Shown: piece after piece, positions 59,905-64,000 of the stretch
How positions within the stretch are numbered: position 1 is the first letter of the stretch
Layout: each line of letters begins with the position of its first letter
Translations under genes and position numbers: made by a program
The notes under the pieces: model-generated
Databases searched by the model: none
Seen by the model: only the letters and a program-made list of their open reading frames with translations
What the model was told of the DNA's origin: nothing
Source: an uncultured bacterium
GTDB taxonomy: Bacteria; Zixibacteria; MSB-5A5; CAIYYT01
Assembly (NCBI GenBank): GCA_963726455.1
Contig: CAVSCK010000004.1
Location: 1,600,001-1,664,000 of the forward strand
Direction of reading: 5' to 3'
Length of the DNA: 64,000 nt

Positions 59905-61710
59905 CTATTTGTCCTTGGCAGATTTGAGCTCTTTGAGACGGTCGTTGGCGATCTTGAGCAGAGTTTCCATCTGTGCCTTTTCCTTGGGATCGTCCAACTT
60001 GTCCATCTGAGCAGAGAGCATACCGATCATCTGTTCCAGCCGGGCAGCATCTTTGGATCCCTTGATCATCTGCGTGAATTGCGCCATTCGGGGATCTTCG
60101 CTACTGTCGCCGGACGCCGATGCCGTGGAATCGGCCTTGGTATTGATGAGCAGGACGTTGCGTTGATTTTTGGCAAAGTAGGTATTCGCCACGCGCTGAA
60201 CGTCAGCGGCGGTTACGAGATCGCGCTTCTTGGGGGCATTGTTGGCTTCAGACCAGTCGCCCAGAGCGGCGTTCTGGCCGAGATAGAAGATGATTCCCAG
60301 TCCCGACATGAAGTCTATGGAGCGGATGCTTTCTACACGAAGCTGGTTCTTTACTTTCTGTAATTCCTCTGCGGACACAGGGTTCTTCTGCAGGTCATCC
60401 AAGACTTCGTAAACGGCAGACTCGAGTTGTTCGGGCTTGACACCGGATAACCCTTCGGCGGAAATTTCGAAGGCGCCGGCATATTTGCGGGAATCCTGAG
60501 CAGCGTCGATTGCCAGACTCCGTCCGCCGCCACCCATCATTCGGCCCCCACCTCCACCGGAAGAGCTCTTGGCGATGCCTTTGTCCTCGACAAGCTTTTT
60601 GTACAGACGACCGGTTTTGCCTCCCATAATTCCGGCCAGCACGTCAAGCGAGTAGCTGTCGGCATGTTTCCAGGGCACAGTGTGGTACCAAATCTCGACG
60701 GTGGGATCGGTTTCCGCTTCGGCGAACATTTCCTTTTCGCCGTACTGTTTCTCTTCAAGGGTAACGACATCAGGCGGCGGTGTCTTACCCGGAGGAATCG
60801 AATTGAAATACTTCCTGACCATGGTCATGGTTTCATCCGGCTTGATATCGCCAACCAGAATCATGGTCAAATTGTTCGGTGAATAATATGTATTGTAGTA
60901 AGTATCGGCTTGTTCTTTGGTTATGGAGCCGAGATCGGACGGCCAGCCGAGAACCTCCCAGCGGTAGGATGAGGATTTCCAGAACATGGAGTTGAAATCC
61001 TCTTCAATGAGACCGGTAGGCGTCGATTCGAGACTCAGGCGGCGTTCTTCCCGCACCACATCACGCTCGGAATAGAACTCACGGAACACCGGATGGCTGA
61101 AGCGATCGGATTCGAGCCACATAAAGAGCTCGACTTTATTGCTGGGAATGCGAACGAAATAGCCGGTCATGTCCTGCGAAGTAAAGGCGTTCAGGAAATT
61201 GCCGCCGTTCTTGGTGTAGATTTCGTCGAGCTGGTCTTTGATAATCAATTCACGTTCGGCCAGAACGAGACTATCGAAGACCGTTTCCAGAGCCCGATAG
61301 CGCGGGGTCTTGGCAGCGGGATCGGTCATATCGGCAATCTGTCCGCGCCGATATTCCTCGCGCATAATGCGCTCTTCCTCGCGCATCAACGTGCGGAGTG
61401 AATCCAGTTTGGCCATGACTTCGCGGTCTTTCTTGATGTCCGTGGTGCCGATCTTCTCGGAACCCTTGAACATCATATGCTCGAACAAGTGCGATATGCC
61501 CGTGATGCCGGCCTGTTCATTGGCGGAGCCGACGCGGGCGAAAATCGATGCCATCACGACTGGCGCATCATGCCGCTCAACCATGAGCACCTGCATTCCG
61601 TTGTCGAGTTTGTATTCCTTGGCATCGATTGTTTGGGCGGCTGCGGGGATGGCAGCAGCGAAAATCATCAGCAGACATATCATGGCTGCTACAGCAAAGC
61701 GATTACACAC
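59905..61710 (-). CDS. M16 (pitrilysin/insulinase) peptidase, catalytic subunit
   Basis: LDNGM, VGSANE, GISHLFEHMMFKG (HxxEH), NAFTS, ERDVVREERR; GTG start after AAGGAG. Confidence 0.9.
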   Translation of the reverse strand: MCNRFAVAAMICLLMIFAAAIPAAAQTIDAKEYKLDNGMQVLMVERHDAPVVMASIFARVGSANEQAGITGISHLFEHMMFKGSEKIGTTDIKKDREVMAKLDSLRTLMREEERIMREEYRRGQIADMTDPAAKTPRYRALETVFDSLVLAERELIIKDQLDEIYTKNGGNFLNAFTSQDMTGYFVRIPSNKVELFMWLESDRFSHPVFREFYSERDVVREERRLSLESTPTGLIEEDFNSMFWKSSSYRWEVLGWPSDLGSITKEQADTYYNTYYSPNNLTMILVGDIKPDETMTMVRKYFNSIPPGKTPPPDVVTLEEKQYGEKEMFAEAETDPTVEIWYHTVPWKHADSYSLDVLAGIMGGKTGRLYKKLVEDKGIAKSSSGGGGGRMMGGGGRSLAIDAAQDSRKYAGAFEISAEGLSGVKPEQLESAVYEVLDDLQKNPVSAEELQKVKNQLRVESIRSIDFMSGLGIIFYLGQNAALGDWSEANNAPKKRDLVTAADVQRVANTYFAKNQRNVLLINTKADSTASASGDSSEDPRMAQFTQMIKGSKDAARLEQMIGMLSAQMDKLDDPKEKAQMETLLKIANDRLKELKSAKDK

Positions 61711-62044
61711 CTTCCACTCCTTAGTGAGATTGCGGGTTTCTCTGATCAATGGTACTTCCTCCGTGACAGGTTGAAGGATCAGGATAGTCTGCAAGCTGCG
61801 GACTGTCAAGCCCATACGGACTATCGGGGAATGTATTTGCCGACAGCGGGTTTGGGTCGTTTTGGAGGAGCGAGGAACAGGCAGCCAAGGTTCATCACGC
61901 CGCTCTGAACTCCCCTTGCCTTTGGAAGTGCGACAATGTAGATTGGAGCATTGCGCGAGAGATTTCGCGTAGCCCGATGCTTATCGTAAATCGTATAAGT
62001 AATGGGCAGGGTTATGAAAAGAGTTTGACAAGGCGAGGTTTGAA

Positions 62045-62923
62045 ATGTTGACGGATAAAGACTTCCAGTTGAAGGTTGGTTTGGCGGAGATGCTCAAGGG
62101 CGGCGTCATCATGGACGTAACCAATGCCGACCAGGCCAAGATAGCCGAAGACGCCGGTGCTGTTGCAGTGATGGCGCTGGAGCGGGTACCGGCTGACATT
62201 CGGAAGGCCGGCGGTGTCGCCAGAATGGCAGCTATCGAAAAGATCGAGGAGATTCAGCGTTCGGTGCAGATTCCGGTGATGGCGAAATGCCGGATCGGAC
62301 ATTTTGCGGAAGCGGAGTTGCTGCAGGAACTCAAAGTTGATTACATCGACGAGTCAGAGGTGCTCACTCCGGCTGACGAAGAAAATCACATTGAAAAGCA
62401 CCAGTTCAAAATTCCGTTCGTGTGCGGCTGCCGTAATCTGGGTGAGGCAATGCGTCGTATCAACGAAGGCGCAGCCATGATCCGCACCAAGGGTGAAGCC
62501 GGTTCGGGCAATATCGTAGAAGCAGTCAGACACCTGCGAATGATTTACGGCGAAATCGCGGCTCTCAAGAAACTCAATACCGAAAAGATGAAGAAGCTCG
62601 CCAAGGAAATGCGCGTGCCGGTCGAGTTGCTAAAGAAGACGGCACAACTGCAAGACCTGCCGGTGCCGAACTTTGCAGCCGGTGGAATTGCCACTCCGGC
62701 CGACGCTGTGCTTTGCATGAAGCTGAGAGCGCAGGCGGTCTTTGTCGGCTCCGGTATTTTCAAGTCCTCAAACCCGCAGGTAGTGGCCAAAGCGATTGTG
62801 ACAGCTACCACTCATTACGATGATCCAGCGATCGTGCTGGAGGCGTCGCGTTCGCTTGGTGAAGCCATGCCGGGTCTGGAAATCAGCAAGATTCCAAAGG
62901 AAGAACAACTACAGTACCGATGA
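62045..62923 (+). CDS. pdxS: Pyridoxal 5'-phosphate synthase lyase subunit
   Basis: [55 protein letters not shown]. Confidence 0.98.
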   Translation: MLTDKDFQLKVGLAEMLKGGVIMDVTNADQAKIAEDAGAVAVMALERVPADIRKAGGVARMAAIEKIEEIQRSVQIPVMAKCRIGHFAEAELLQELKVDYIDESEVLTPADEENHIEKHQFKIPFVCGCRNLGEAMRRINEGAAMIRTKGEAGSGNIVEAVRHLRMIYGEIAALKKLNTEKMKKLAKEMRVPVELLKKTAQLQDLPVPNFAAGGIATPADAVLCMKLRAQAVFVGSGIFKSSNPQVVAKAIVTATTHYDDPAIVLEASRSLGEAMPGLEISKIPKEEQLQYR

Positions 62924-63498
62924 AAGCGAAACCTTGGGTCGGAATTCTGGCCTTTCAGGGAGATTTCGCCAAACATCAGGAAGCATTCGCCAAACTTGGC
63001 TGCCTGACGCAGTTGGTGAAATCGAGTTGGCAATTGGCGAATATCGATTGCCTGGTGATTCCGGGTGGTGAGTCGTCGGTAATCGACCGCTTTATCAAGT
63101 CGCAGCAACTCGCCGAACCGATCAAACAATTCGCCGCGAAGAAACCGATCTGGGGCACCTGCGCCGGAATGATTCTTCTGGCAAGAACAATCGATAATGA
63201 CCCGCGTCTGGCGCCGTTGGACTTGCTGAATGTCACGGTTGACCGCAATGCCTACGGCAGGCAGTATGATTCCTTCGTCGATACGGGTGAGTTTACTGCC
63301 AACGGCAGGAGCGAGAAACTGGAGATGGTCTTTATACGCGCTCCGAAGATCACGGAAGTCGGGGAAGGCGTAAAAGTTCTCGGAACGTGCCGGAATGATT
63401 CTGTGATCGTGCAACAGGATAAAGTCGTCGCAACGACTTTTCATCCGGAAATGACCAAGTCTACGAGATTTCAGCAGTTTTTCTTATCGCTCATATGA
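62920..63498 (+). CDS. pdxT: Pyridoxal 5'-phosphate synthase glutaminase subunit
   Basis: [38 protein letters not shown]. Confidence 0.97.
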   Translation: MKAKPWVGILAFQGDFAKHQEAFAKLGCLTQLVKSSWQLANIDCLVIPGGESSVIDRFIKSQQLAEPIKQFAAKKPIWGTCAGMILLARTIDNDPRLAPLDLLNVTVDRNAYGRQYDSFVDTGEFTANGRSEKLEMVFIRAPKITEVGEGVKVLGTCRNDSVIVQQDKVVATTFHPEMTKSTRFQQFFLSLI

Positions 63499-63599
63499 CG
63501 TCGGACATGGGGATGACTGTCGGGTTTCTCGTCCGATGACGTAACCAGTTTGCTTTTCAGACTAGTTATAGAAGATTCTTGACTCAGTAAGGAGGGGCA

Positions 63600-63929
63600 T
63601 TATCGGACTCGGAACGCGGCCTACTTGCTAATTTTGGGGTAGCCGCAAGCACCGTGGCAGTCGGCACATGCGATAATCTTCTCCGCTACAAGCTCAATAT
63701 TAATGTCGGCATCAATGACGACTGTGTCATTCTCCCGATGGATTTTGGCAACCGCGCAGCGCGAGGATTTGCCTCCGGAGTCCCGGCCGACATAGACTTG
63801 AAGGACGTCCTGAATGGCGAACAAATGCTTGAGATGAAGAAAGCGATCGGTGTCATCGAGAGGCGCACCGGCAGCCAACAGCTTGCCTTCATCGAAGGCA
63901 AGAATTTCGTCTACCGCAAGACCGCGTAA
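63600..63929 (+). CDS. Hypothetical protein; start uncertain (TTA 63600 or GTG 63654)
   Basis: Strong SD AAGGAGG at 63589-63595; frame open from 63591 to TAA 63929. Confidence 0.45.
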   Translation, partial: LSDSERGLLANFGVAASTVAVGTCDNLLRYKLNINVGINDDCVILPMDFGNRAARGFASGVPADIDLKDVLNGEQMLEMKKAIGVIERRTGSQQLAFIEGKNFVYRKTA

Positions 63930-64000
63930 GTGGTCAAGCAATAAAGATTCGACACCTATCGCCTGCCCGCATGACTGTTTGGTGAAAGCATAGTCGATAA

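Noticed and set aside
1-64000. tRNA, rRNA, prophage or anti-phage defence genes
   Set aside because: None recognised by eye; a covariance or HMM scan would be needed to exclude small or divergent ones

Overview
A 64-kb bacterial chromosomal segment of roughly 55% GC (estimated by eye), mostly housekeeping genes. Signal-peptide proteins ending in a type-I dockerin or an 'NYPNPFNP...KMILMK' sorting domain, plus DUF2723/DUF4159/DUF4175-like genes, point to the FCB superphylum, most likely Zixibacteria (inference). Core content: tldD/pmbA, prfA, rpmE, rho, rsfS, a folB-folK-dNK-panBCD operon, class II ribonucleotide reductase with NrdR boxes, lemA plus three TPM genes, an ArsR/P1B-ATPase pair, cbs-cgl, a phosphohexomutase, an M16 peptidase pair and pdxST. 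Highlights: (1) an operon joining GTP cyclohydrolase IB, an animal-type (CX5HGH) 6-pyruvoyl-tetrahydropterin synthase, two SDRs and a membrane CDP-alcohol phosphotransferase, a candidate pathway to a phosphodiester- or lipid-linked biopterin-type pterin; (2) a stand-alone AsnRS-like catalytic domain behind a ~265-nt structured leader containing a uORF and a terminator; (3) a RAYT transposase with nested GTAG REP elements; (4) an aminotransferase homolog lacking the PLP lysine; (5) a secreted protein of ~23 tandem 74-aa repeats; (6) several genes with good Shine-Dalgarno sites but only ATC/TTA as plausible start codons. Many single-base frameshifts look like long-read consensus errors. All family assignments come from motif recognition, not database searches.
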